Positions 9,029 to 16,941 of a stretch of DNA of 64,000 bases are shown in pieces (position 1 is the stretch's first letter; every line of letters begins with the position of its first letter). The translations under genes were made by a program, and so were the position numbers. The notes under the pieces were generated by a model, which searched no databases, had not been told where the DNA came from, and saw only the letters and a list, made by a program, of their open reading frames with translations. The stretch is from a virus (Duplodnaviria; Caudoviricetes), in the IMG/VR virus record IMGVR_UViG_3300037424_000993, positions 1-64,000 of that record; one strand, given 5' to 3'.

Positions 9029-9378
9029 GAAGCACTCACTTTCTTGAACTCGATTCGGTTGACGATGGTCGACGGCTCGCACCCTTTCGCGCGATTCGCT
9101 TTGCAGAAAAACTCGACGAACTCGGTGGGCGTCATCTCCGGAAACCCCTCGCGCCTGACATCGTCAGTCGTGATCGCGTCGAGACGTTCACCGCGGGCCG
9201 AGATGCACACACACTCGCCGAGCACTACCTGCTTCTCACCCTTCTTGAGGCCCTGACCTTTCTCGATACCAAGGAAGTGTTCCTCGGGCTGAATGCCCCA
9301 TTGTCCGAGTCGCCTCGTTACGTCCTTGGAGCCGTCAAGGAACTGGCGCTTGGTCAGGAAGAACGACATTCGCCTCAC
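9025..9378 (-). CDS. ASCH/PUA-like domain protein
   Basis: GSKDVTRR and DVRREGF motifs. Confidence 0.7.
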   Translation of the reverse strand: MRRMSFFLTKRQFLDGSKDVTRRLGQWGIQPEEHFLGIEKGQGLKKGEKQVVLGECVCISARGERLDAITTDDVRREGFPEMTPTEFVEFFCKANRAKGCEPSTIVNRIEFKKVSAS

Positions 9379-9584
9379 GACTTCAACTCCAGAATCTCAA
9401 ACTCGCTGAAGTGACCGTACGCACGCAGGTGCTGCTTCCAGACCTCCCACGCCGTTGTGCCGCCTAGCAAAGCGTGCACGAACTTGCCGCCGACGGGAGC
9501 CCCGTCGCGACGTCGGCAGCGCCATGACACGACGGCGCCGGCCGGGCGTGATACGTGAGCGTACTCTGGCGGTTCGTTTACCAT
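9375..9584 (-). CDS. Hypothetical protein
   Basis: Stop overlaps the next start. Confidence 0.5.
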   Translation of the reverse strand: MVNEPPEYAHVSRPAGAVVSWRCRRRDGAPVGGKFVHALLGGTTAWEVWKQHLRAYGHFSEFEILELKS

Positions 9585-9599
9585 ACTCTTTCACCTCTG

Positions 9600-10151
9600 T
9601 TATCTGATCGGGAACGGCTTCAGTTTTGCGCTCAGGAAAAGCGGGTGCGAAGGGCTTCCGTCGGAGTTGAGCTTGAGCGCATAAGGCACTCTGCCGGCGG
9701 CTCGGATTAGATCGAGTGTCGGCTGCCCCATCGCGCCTCCGAGTCCGCCCCATCCGCAAACGATCACCTCGGCGGATGACACGAGTAGTCCTAGATGCTC
9801 ATGGTTTCTTGGCCCAATGGCGCGCGGGTCCGGCGGCAGCAGTTTTGGATCTGTCTCCCTCCACGCTCTCACGTTCGCCGTAACTGACCAGCCAAAGTCC
9901 CAGTCTCGGCAGAAGTTCCTCCACCGCGTCAGGGTCGGGTCCAACTTGTCAGCGGTTGCCGTGCTCGGGTTCGCGAAGATGCCGAGGCACATCCGATCGT
10001 TGTCCAGTCCCGTGGGCCACCAGAGCTGGTAGCGATACCGACGACCACGGCAAGCGTCTACTGTGCACTCTGTGTGCTCTTCGCAGTCGGAGAAAACGGC
10101 CAAGGTACGGCGCAGATTGAACAGTTGCGTTTGAGCGGCGAGGTCGATCAT
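9600..10151 (-). CDS. DUF1643 family protein
   Basis: NPSTA...DPT, WGG, GSPSHPL motifs. Confidence 0.8.
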   Translation of the reverse strand: MIDLAAQTQLFNLRRTLAVFSDCEEHTECTVDACRGRRYRYQLWWPTGLDNDRMCLGIFANPSTATADKLDPTLTRWRNFCRDWDFGWSVTANVRAWRETDPKLLPPDPRAIGPRNHEHLGLLVSSAEVIVCGWGGLGGAMGQPTLDLIRAAGRVPYALKLNSDGSPSHPLFLSAKLKPFPIR

Positions 10152-10249
10152 CGTGCCTTCCTCCTGTCCAGCCAAGCCAACAGCAGAAACATCCCTAGAC
10201 ACGCGGCGTAGAGAGCGAGGGTGAGGTCTTGCCAGGTCCAGTCACCCAT
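10148..10249 (-). CDS. 33-aa membrane peptide
   Basis: ATG after GAGGAG; hydrophobic core LTLALYAACLGMFLLLAWL. Confidence 0.55.
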   Translation of the reverse strand: MGDWTWQDLTLALYAACLGMFLLLAWLDRRKAR

Positions 10250-10535
10250 TGCGCAACTCCTCAACAAGCTCAGCGATCGAGAACCTAACGACCCCCTTTC
10301 TGCACGCCCAGCACGACAGTGGCCCAGACCCGTCCTCCGAGCCGTTGCCACCACACTCGCTGCATGTCTGGACTAACCCCTCGTCCCACCAGAGTCCACC
10401 GTGACCCGTAATACGCCCGACAGTATCGCAAGCGCTCTCCAGTAGCTCGTAGCTGCGCTCAGACACCTTGTCAGCACACCACGCCACGCCATATAGGGCG
10501 TACAGCGCTGCAATGGTAGTAAGGCGGTTACTCAC
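10242..10535 (-). CDS. CxxCxGxG Zn-finger protein, paralog A
   Basis: CSECGGNG and CWAC; N-terminus similar to the next gene. Confidence 0.65.
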   Translation of the reverse strand: MSNRLTTIAALYALYGVAWCADKVSERSYELLESACDTVGRITGHGGLWWDEGLVQTCSECGGNGSEDGSGPLSCWACRKGVVRFSIAELVEELRNG

Positions 10536-10815
10536 GTCGCAACTCCTTTGCTAGTTCGGCAGGGGTGATCCACTCGTGTCCAGGCCCGCCGCAAGCGCCG
10601 CACCAATCGTCGCCGAAATGCCTGCAAACGCCGGAACCATTGCAAGCGCTGCACGGCCTTTCCGCTGTGGGATAGTGACCGTCCGCTGGGCTCCAATGAC
10701 GGTCCGGCACCAGCGCTACGAGCGAACGATGTGCCCCGTTCAGCACCTGGATTGCCGTCCACGTAACTCCGTGGATAGCGTACAGCGCTGCAATGGTGGG
10801 GAGGCGGTTAAGCAT
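10528..10815 (-). CDS. CxxCxGxG Zn-finger protein, paralog B
   Basis: CSACNGSG and CGACGGPG; MLNRLPTIAALYA resembles MSNRLTTIAALYA. Confidence 0.65.
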   Translation of the reverse strand: MLNRLPTIAALYAIHGVTWTAIQVLNGAHRSLVALVPDRHWSPADGHYPTAERPCSACNGSGVCRHFGDDWCGACGGPGHEWITPAELAKELRRE

Positions 10816-11116
10816 TGCGCAACTCCTCACACCCAGGCGCTTCGCACCCTTCTACGTCGCACTCGTCAGGACAACTCTCGCAGCGCGGCTTGGGCAGTGG
10901 TCCGATCAGGACGTCGCCACAATGCCAACATGAGGGGTCCGCGCTCCCTTGCGCTTTGATAGCCGCCGCAAGCTCGTCGGCATTGCGCTCGAGAATGCGG
11001 GCTTGAACAAGCGATGTGTCCGCAAACAGTGAGGTACGCGCTATGTGCCGGTAATTGGCAGCCTCACCTCTCCACGTGCGCACCAGGTCAGCGGGGAGTG
11101 TCGTTTTGTTACTCAC
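10808..11116 (-). CDS. Hypothetical Cys-rich protein
   Basis: CWHC, CESC; GGAG RBS. Confidence 0.6.
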   Translation of the reverse strand: MSNKTTLPADLVRTWRGEAANYRHIARTSLFADTSLVQARILERNADELAAAIKAQGSADPSCWHCGDVLIGPLPKPRCESCPDECDVEGCEAPGCEELRNA

Positions 11117-11702
11117 CGCGCAACTCCTTCGCCGCTTCGGTTGCCGCGGCTGCTAACGCCTCCAACTTTTCCGCGAGTTCGATGCGGGCGAACATGGGCG
11201 CACCGTAGCTCTCGAGCACAACCCGGTCACCGTCAGGGAAGCACGACTCAGTTAGCGATTGCTCGCGTTGCTCAACGCCCGCTTTCGGCCGCTCTATCTC
11301 CGCCTTGGCTTCGTCGAGCTGTGCCGCTAGCTTAAATATCGACTCGAGGGACAGCGTGTAGTTAGCCTGTTTAAGTTCAGCGACGGCTCCCTCACAAGAC
11401 TCGTACGGCCCGCACGAACCTTCCTCAGGGTACTCGCTATCCCAAAATACCCACCCTTCGTCGGTATGATCTAGCTCTGCCTCGTCGAGCTTGGCATTGG
11501 TCTCCGCCGCCTGCTCGGGTTGCTTGGGCTTGTGGCACTCACAGGGGCACGGCGTGGTTTTGCAGTACGCTCCCAAACTGCACTTTGGACAGGGCAGGGG
11601 GCATTGAGTACAATTTCGCGTCGTGACCCACTCATCGTGGTTTTCGTCAATAAACGACACACGGTGACTGTCCTTGCAGTGGTCGCATACGGGCTTAGGC
11701 AT
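11109..11702 (-). CDS. Cys-rich plus coiled-coil hypothetical protein
   Basis: Several CxxC pairs at the N-terminus; heptad-like C-terminus. Confidence 0.6.
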   Translation of the reverse strand: MPKPVCDHCKDSHRVSFIDENHDEWVTTRNCTQCPLPCPKCSLGAYCKTTPCPCECHKPKQPEQAAETNAKLDEAELDHTDEGWVFWDSEYPEEGSCGPYESCEGAVAELKQANYTLSLESIFKLAAQLDEAKAEIERPKAGVEQREQSLTESCFPDGDRVVLESYGAPMFARIELAEKLEALAAAATEAAKELRGE

Positions 11703-11907
11703 TGTCGCCCCCTTGAACGCTCGAGAAGTAGCCGCCTATCGCGTGGTTGAGCTGAAGCGACAGTTGTCGCCAGTTTCCGGCTATGGCCCACCACCATCGG
11801 GCCTCCCATGGCTGCCTCCGGAGCGCCCGAGCAACGATGTGCTGCGAGTACGGGTAGCCGACGAAGGCCCAGCGTCGGAGTGCTTTGCGAGCGATGCGGC
11901 GGTTCAC
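11695..11907 (-). CDS. Hypothetical protein
   Basis: GTG overlaps the upstream TGA. Confidence 0.45.
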   Translation of the reverse strand: MNRRIARKALRRWAFVGYPYSQHIVARALRRQPWEARWWWAIAGNWRQLSLQLNHAIGGYFSSVQGGDNA

Positions 11908-12119
11908 TGGGTGCCGCCTTTCCCCGGCAACCACCACCTGCCACGCCTCGCGCCAGGCCACTTGACGACGCGGAGCGCTCCGCAGTCGAGGCACCACTCA
12001 GTCACGATCGGTCTAGCAGACGGAGCGCCATGGACTAGGACAACGCTACCGGGGGTCCAGATACCACGAGTGCCACTCGGCGCGAGGTAGCGGGAGCGCT
12101 TGTGTCGGCATCGGCTCAC
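11904..12119 (-). CDS. Hypothetical protein
   Basis: Fills the gap between coupled ORFs; CLDC motif. Confidence 0.45.
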   Translation of the reverse strand: MSRCRHKRSRYLAPSGTRGIWTPGSVVLVHGAPSARPIVTEWCLDCGALRVVKWPGARRGRWWLPGKGGTQ

Positions 12120-12550
12120 GAGGCACCGCCTTTCCGCGGAGGCCACGGATTGACCCGCACAGCTCCCCTGTATTGCCCGTAGTGAATAAGGCAAAGGTGA
12201 CGATCCTCGCCTACTTCATGAGCGCAGTCGGGACACAGCGGAGCGTCGCAGGTTTTCCCGCCGCCCATTGGGTAATCGCAGAGCAGATCGGCAAAGTAGC
12301 CGCAGGTGCAAACGTCGAGCTCGCCAGGCTTGAAGCTGCCACAGATGAACATCTCAGCGCCGCCGCCTGCCATTGTTTTCTCTCTTGCAATCTGGACTTC
12401 CAAAATCTCCTTTGGAGTGCGCGTTACAAGCTGCCCTTTCACAACGTGACGCTTCTCGCTCTCGGAGGCCGGGTAACCATGGCCCCATCCCAATGCCTCT
12501 TTGGCTTCGTACAGAGACGAAGGGCGCGACTTGCCTTTCAGGCAGGTCAC
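12116..12550 (-). CDS. Zn-finger hypothetical protein
   Basis: CTCG..LCD..CDAPLCPDC..LCLIH; GTG overlaps the integrase stop. Confidence 0.6.
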   Translation of the reverse strand: MTCLKGKSRPSSLYEAKEALGWGHGYPASESEKRHVVKGQLVTRTPKEILEVQIAREKTMAGGGAEMFICGSFKPGELDVCTCGYFADLLCDYPMGGGKTCDAPLCPDCAHEVGEDRHLCLIHYGQYRGAVRVNPWPPRKGGAS

Positions 12551-14010
12551 TGGGCGCCTCCGGAGCAGGCTGTGATGCCCCACTTCTGACCGGGGATAAC
12601 CTTGAGTCGGTGGGCTGTCTTGACGAGCCCCCGCAGAGGTGCCAAATACTGGGTGCGGATCCCACTATGGCCAGTATTCGCGTGCTCTAGCGAGTCTCCG
12701 CGAGGCGAAAACTCCGAAAACCCTAATAGTTGTAGCCGAAACCTGACCCTTGAGGTGCTAGTGGGGTAACTCCCGTGGAGGTTCGAGTCCTCTCCTTCGC
12801 ACTGCAGGAAAACAGCTACTTTAGGGCGGCCCGCGCACACCCCGAAAACGCGCTTTTCGACGCCGCCCCCAGTATCGCCCCCACTATTGCCGCTCACCAG
12901 GTCGACCACTTCGGCGGCCTGCTTCTCGTCGGCGTGGCTGTAGCGATTGGTCGTGCTCGCCTGCTTGTGGCCCACCAGGAAACCCACGCCCAGGGTCCGG
13001 CCGCCGCTTTGGTCCATTAACTCGGTGGTCCGAGCATGGCGCATATCGTAGGCCTTCACCCGGCTGGCGATGTGCTCGGGGATGCCGGCGGCCCGAGCCG
13101 CCTGCCTGAGCGACGTGCGGTAGTCTAGTGTCCGGACCAGCTGGCCCCCATTCCGGAGCTGCCCGAGCCGGTGGATCTCGGCGTGGTAGCAGCCCTCGAG
13201 CAGTTCGCACGCGTGCGGGCTCAAAGGCACCTTTCGCTCCCAACGATTTTTATCGACATCCTCAGTCACGTCGAGGTGGCGCTGGCCCGGGTGCCAGTGG
13301 GTGCCAACGCGGAAGCCATCCCAGAATCCCGGGCGTAGCGCCGTCTCGAACATCAGCGCGAAGTAGGGCCGGAGCGGCCATTGCTCGCCGCTCTTTCGGT
13401 TTTTGCGGCAAAGGTCGGGAAGGTGCGGAATCAGCTGGCGTGCCGTCGCCGCGGTGAATCCCTTGGTCCAGCCGCTCGGCGCTTGCTTAGCCTTGGTACC
13501 CAAGCTCTTGTGCGGGCGGTCAGGGAAGCGTGGGATCTGCCCGATCCAGCTCTTGATTTCAGCGAACTTCAACACCTGCATCAAAGTGCTCAGCTCCTTT
13601 TGCACCGTGCTGTACCGGACGCGCTTCAGGCGCTCGGATTGGTACGATGCGAGCGCTCCGCGCGTGACGTCGCACAGCCGCTTGAATCGCGGCAAAAGGT
13701 GCACGCGCAGATGAATCTTTCGCAGGTTCGCTGTTCGCTCCGTGATTTCACCACCGGACTTTTCGGCCAGGTACGCCGCTGCCACCTCCGACAGTTTCGC
13801 TGTCGGATCGTTGCCTGTCTGAACCTCGTTTTTCCACTGTCCGGAGTAGACCCAGTCGAGCCGATCCGCCTTCCACCGCGTAGCGCGCGCCAGATCGTCC
13901 GCTGGAATGACGGCCGTCTTGAAGTCGTGTCTCGTGCCCTCGTGCGTAAATCGCAAGCGCCACCATTTGCCGGTGTGCGTAAGCTGCGGATCGCCAGGCT
14001 TGCGCGCCAT
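12547..14010 (-). CDS. int: Tyrosine integrase containing attP in its 3' coding region
   Basis: TALRPG (R), YDMRHAR (RH), LVGHKQASTTNRY (H/Y); adjacent excisionase. Confidence 0.92.
   Translation of the reverse strand: MARKPGDPQLTHTGKWWRLRFTHEGTRHDFKTAVIPADDLARATRWKADRLDWVYSGQWKNEVQTGNDPTAKLSEVAAAYLAEKSGGEITERTANLRKIHLRVHLLPRFKRLCDVTRGALASYQSERLKRVRYSTVQKELSTLMQVLKFAEIKSWIGQIPRFPDRPHKSLGTKAKQAPSGWTKGFTAATARQLIPHLPDLCRKNRKSGEQWPLRPYFALMFETALRPGFWDGFRVGTHWHPGQRHLDVTEDVDKNRWERKVPLSPHACELLEGCYHAEIHRLGQLRNGGQLVRTLDYRTSLRQAARAAGIPEHIASRVKAYDMRHARTTELMDQSGGRTLGVGFLVGHKQASTTNRYSHADEKQAAEVVDLVSGNSGGDTGGGVEKRVFGVCAGRPKVAVFLQCEGEDSNLHGSYPTSTSRVRFRLQLLGFSEFSPRGDSLEHANTGHSGIRTQYLAPLRGLVKTAHRLKVIPGQKWGITACSGGAQ
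12645..12888. repeat. Five arm-type integrase site candidates, (C/G)CCA(G/C)TAT, flanking the att core
   Basis: 12645-12653 (inverted), 12661-12669, 12670-12678, 12868-12876, 12880-12888. Confidence 0.65.
12749..12801 (+). other. attP core = 3' half of tRNA-Leu(GAG)
   Basis: Anticodon loop TTGAGGT, stem strand GCTAG, long variable arm, T-arm GGAGG-TTCGAGT-CCTCT, acceptor strand CCTTCGC-A. The 5' tRNA half is absent. Confidence 0.9.
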
Positions 14011-14274
14011 TTAGGCTGCCCCTTCGAGTTCGGCTGCAATGTCCGCAATCTGCTTGCTCGAACGCACGAGGGCGCGCGCCTTCCTGCGGCGCTGTTTAGC
14101 CACAGTGGGCGTATGCGCGTGCTCGGTCATGTAGGCGTCCAGCTCGCTCGGTTTGAACATTGGTTTGCGTCCGATCATGTGTCGTTCGATCTTGGGGTAC
14201 ACGTGCTTACGGAACGTGGTGGGGCTCACCCGTAGATAGCGGGCCGCCTCCTCGAGCGTTAGGTACGGGCTCAT
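14011..14274 (-). CDS. xis: Excisionase / MerR-like HTH
   Basis: YLTLEEAARYLRVSPTTFR...FKPSELDAYM; directly upstream of int. Confidence 0.8.
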   Translation of the reverse strand: MSPYLTLEEAARYLRVSPTTFRKHVYPKIERHMIGRKPMFKPSELDAYMTEHAHTPTVAKQRRRKARALVRSSKQIADIAAELEGAA

Positions 14275-14298
14275 CAGTTGCCGCCTCGGTCGTCAGGG

Positions 14299-15258
14299 TC
14301 ACCACTGCTCTTGCAGTCGTGCCCCGCTCTCACCGTGCTGGCCAGGCTTGCCCCACAGGGGCACGACCTTCGTTCGCTCTTCGATCTCATCGCAGACGCC
14401 GCGGAACGCGTCCTTGACTGTCTGCCTGATGCGATGGAGCTCGACGAAGAAGCGGACCTGCCCGCCGCTCACCCGGTAACGCAGCCGCACCGGAAGCACG
14501 TAGGAACGCGCGGCATACTCAAATATCGGCAGCTGGATCAGGAACAGGCTCGGCACCTTGACCTTGCCTCCGCCCCCGTCCTTGTGCTCTTCGACGAACG
14601 TCAACGTGCGCTCGCCGCTGTTGGTATTCGCTCTGTCGACGACCTTGCCCGTCGAGTGAATCTCGAGCCCTCCCGAGAGGGCGAGCACGTCTTGCGGCGA
14701 TGCGATGGCCACGCCGAGTTTCGTAGCGAACGCCTGCGCATTTTGCGCGACCTGCGCGACTTCCGGATTGACCACGTCGACCACGTCGACGAAGCGCTCG
14801 TCAAGGAACAGTGCGAACTCATCGACCGTGAAACCCAGCTTGCGATCCTGCGCTCGCTGCCAAGCCAAATACTCGTCCGAGAACGGCAGCGGCATGTGCG
14901 CGCCGAACGCCTCGAAGCGCGCCTCGCCATCGGGGCCGCCTCGGTGGGCGTCGTAGAGCGCTGTCACAGCTGGCGCATCGCGATCGAGGAATACCAGCGA
15001 GTGATCGTCCTTGAACTTGTTCACGTGCTCACAGAACGAGTCCAGGTCGCTAAGCGTGTAGATGCCCGTGCGACGCTCAGGCTCGGTGCGCAGTTCGTCC
15101 AGGAACGGCTTGAGCGATTGGAGCCGCATCCCAGCCGGGACGCATGCCACGTTGCACTCGGCGCTGGTGCCTCGAGCTGCGGTCAAGGTTTCCGGCTTGA
15201 AGCCGTCTTTGAATAACTGCGCAGCGGCAGCGGTTTCGGAAGCTGTATTATTTGCCAT
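14299..15258 (-). CDS. DUF2303 (YfdQ-like) protein
   Basis: LDSFCEHVNK, FALFLDE, LPIFE..LRYR pattern. Confidence 0.75.
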   Translation of the reverse strand: MANNTASETAAAAQLFKDGFKPETLTAARGTSAECNVACVPAGMRLQSLKPFLDELRTEPERRTGIYTLSDLDSFCEHVNKFKDDHSLVFLDRDAPAVTALYDAHRGGPDGEARFEAFGAHMPLPFSDEYLAWQRAQDRKLGFTVDEFALFLDERFVDVVDVVNPEVAQVAQNAQAFATKLGVAIASPQDVLALSGGLEIHSTGKVVDRANTNSGERTLTFVEEHKDGGGGKVKVPSLFLIQLPIFEYAARSYVLPVRLRYRVSGGQVRFFVELHRIRQTVKDAFRGVCDEIEERTKVVPLWGKPGQHGESGARLQEQW

Positions 15259-15295
15259 CTATTATGGTCCTTTCCCCGGCCAAATGCCGTGTGAA

Positions 15296-15688
15296 TCAGT
15301 TGAGTTTTTCGTCCTCGGCCTCGGCGAGAACGCGGGCATCCTTGTCAAACAGGTCTTCTTGGTGCATCTCTGGCGTGCTTTGGAGACGCCCGCCTTTGCC
15401 TACGAAGAACGTCGTTGCTGCCCGCTTCTTCGTCGGGAGCTTGCTAGTCAGCTTGTATTTCAGCTGGACCACGCCCTTTGCGTTGACCTCCGGCGATAGC
15501 ACCAGGGTCACCGCACCGCCGCCGATCGTGCCGTCCTTGAGAGACGCCTCGACCTTGCTCGCGCGGATCACTTCGCGCAGCATTCGTTCTGCTTCCCACG
15601 GCAGGTCATCGATGCGCGACAGCGTGTCGAGGAACTCTTTCCCGTCGTCTTCCTGCTCGGCCAATATCTCGTCTGTGCTCTTTGCCAT
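15296..15688 (-). CDS. Hypothetical protein (usual partner upstream of DUF2303)
   Basis: GGAG RBS; VTLVLS..KLP..FF pattern. Confidence 0.65.
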   Translation of the reverse strand: MAKSTDEILAEQEDDGKEFLDTLSRIDDLPWEAERMLREVIRASKVEASLKDGTIGGGAVTLVLSPEVNAKGVVQLKYKLTSKLPTKKRAATTFFVGKGGRLQSTPEMHQEDLFDKDARVLAEAEDEKLN

Positions 15689-15756
15689 GCGTGAAACTCC
15701 TAAACTAGCCGCTAACCGCGGCCGGAAAGATTGCGCCGCTCCCGGGCGGCCGTTAG

Positions 15757-16106
15757 TGGACCCGCTGGGAATCGAACCCAGGTCCGCGAAGCCTACAAGC
15801 CATCGTCGTCCACATGCTTGGTCGAGGTACGGTCGGCTAGCCTCGACAGCCGTTGACGCCAGGGGGTCGGCGCCTCCACCACCCGCTATTTCTCGCTGGT
15901 CGCTCGCGGGATTGTTACCAGCCAGCCCGTGTGGTGACGCCGCTGAGATACTCGGGCTCCTTGCCCAGCGACGGCTTAGGCCGCTTGCGCGACTTCGGCG
16001 ATTGCGTTGGTATTCGCAATTGGAGTTGCTCATTTGGTCAAGCCGGTACGAGCGCCGGCTGCATGCACGATGACCCTTCGATTCCACGTCGAAACCATTC
16101 GGGCCC
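15757..16106 (-). ncRNA. ssrA: tmRNA, tag peptide ANTNAIAEVAQAA*
   Basis: 5' GGGCCCGAATGGTTTCGAC; 3' CTGGGTTCGATTCCCAGCGGGTCCA; acceptor stem with G3.U70; GCATGC/GCATGT helix; tag ORF 16017-15976. Confidence 0.95.
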
Positions 16107-16113
16107 AGAACGG

Positions 16114-16187
16114 TTGCGGGAGCCCGATTTGAACGGGCAACCTCTTGGTTATGAGCCAAGCGAGCTACCGGATTGCTCCATCCCGCA
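16114..16187 (-). tRNA. tRNA-Met(CAT), initiator-like
   Basis: Complete cloverleaf of 74 nt; anticodon loop CTCATAA; T-loop TTCAAAT; A11-U24; CCA not fully encoded. Confidence 0.93.
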
Positions 16188-16329
16188 GTTGCACGGTGCC
16201 CACCGGCCGCCATGGCAACCGGTGAGCTGGGCATCTGCCCGGAGACGCCCGTGCGCGCCCCTTCGTTCTCTGTTTTTACAAATAGGTGTGCTTGGATCGG
16301 CGTTTGCCGTCCGTTAGTCTGGAACTGGG

Positions 16330-16524
16330 TTAGCCGGTTGGTACCCGGACAACCCGCTTGTCGTTGAAGTACTCCCAGGGAAGCGTCTTCCCGTCGCGAT
16401 CGAGTCCGCGCGGCTGAATCGCAATACTCGTCGTTCCGTCCAGGTACGTGATCGCGGCAACGGCTGTGCCCGTGTATCCCGTGATCCTGTCCGTGACCTT
16501 GTCGCCTAACTCGATGTCTCCCAT
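16330..16524 (-). CDS. Small phage protein
   Basis: IELGDKVTDRITGYTGTAVA; GGAG RBS. Confidence 0.7.
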   Translation of the reverse strand: MGDIELGDKVTDRITGYTGTAVAAITYLDGTTSIAIQPRGLDRDGKTLPWEYFNDKRVVRVPTG

Positions 16525-16731
16525 TGCTTTCTCCGTTTCCTTCCTCGAACGGCGTTAGCCGTCCGTTAGTAGCGCCGCCCGGTATCCCCCAGGCGGCCAA
16601 AGGGGCCGGTACCCGCCGGCACGGTCCAGACGGATCAATGCCCCGACGCTCTTGCGCGAGCAACGGTGACTCCCCGGATGGATTTAGTAGTCTGGTCACT
16701 TGCGCTGCCCTTCCGGCAATTCCCTGCCATT

Positions 16732-16941
16732 TCACGCCGCCGCCTCCCGCAGCATCTCCCGCAGCCGCAACACAGCAGCATGCGGCACCGGCGTCTTGCC
16801 AGCCTCCCAACGACGTAGAGTACGGTGTGAGCACTCGAGGTGATTCGCCGCGGCGAGCTCAGCCATGATGCCGCGACCGAATACTTGGAGGCGTAGAGCG
16901 CGGAATTCGCGGGCAGCGCGGTAGTGGATGGGGATTGTCAT
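16732..16941 (-). CDS. XRE-like HTH protein
   Basis: MAELAAA..SHRTLRRWEAGKTPVP. Confidence 0.7.
   Translation of the reverse strand: MTIPIHYRAAREFRALRLQVFGRGIMAELAAANHLECSHRTLRRWEAGKTPVPHAAVLRLREMLREAAA

Noticed and set aside
12749-12801. Complete tRNA-Leu gene
   Set aside because: No D-arm or 5' acceptor strand, and the upstream bases cannot pair with GCTAG; it is an att core.
13381-15216. Long plus-strand ORFs opposite int, xis and DUF2303
   Set aside because: Antisense shadow ORFs typical of high-GC coding DNA; no motifs.
16571-16731. Known riboswitch, ribozyme or group I intron
   Set aside because: I could not match conserved cores by eye; kept only as an unassigned structured region.
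15296-16834. 512-aa ORF from the track
   Set aside because: It runs through the tRNA, tmRNA and another gene; only the part from ATG 15688 has an RBS and a protein-like sequence.
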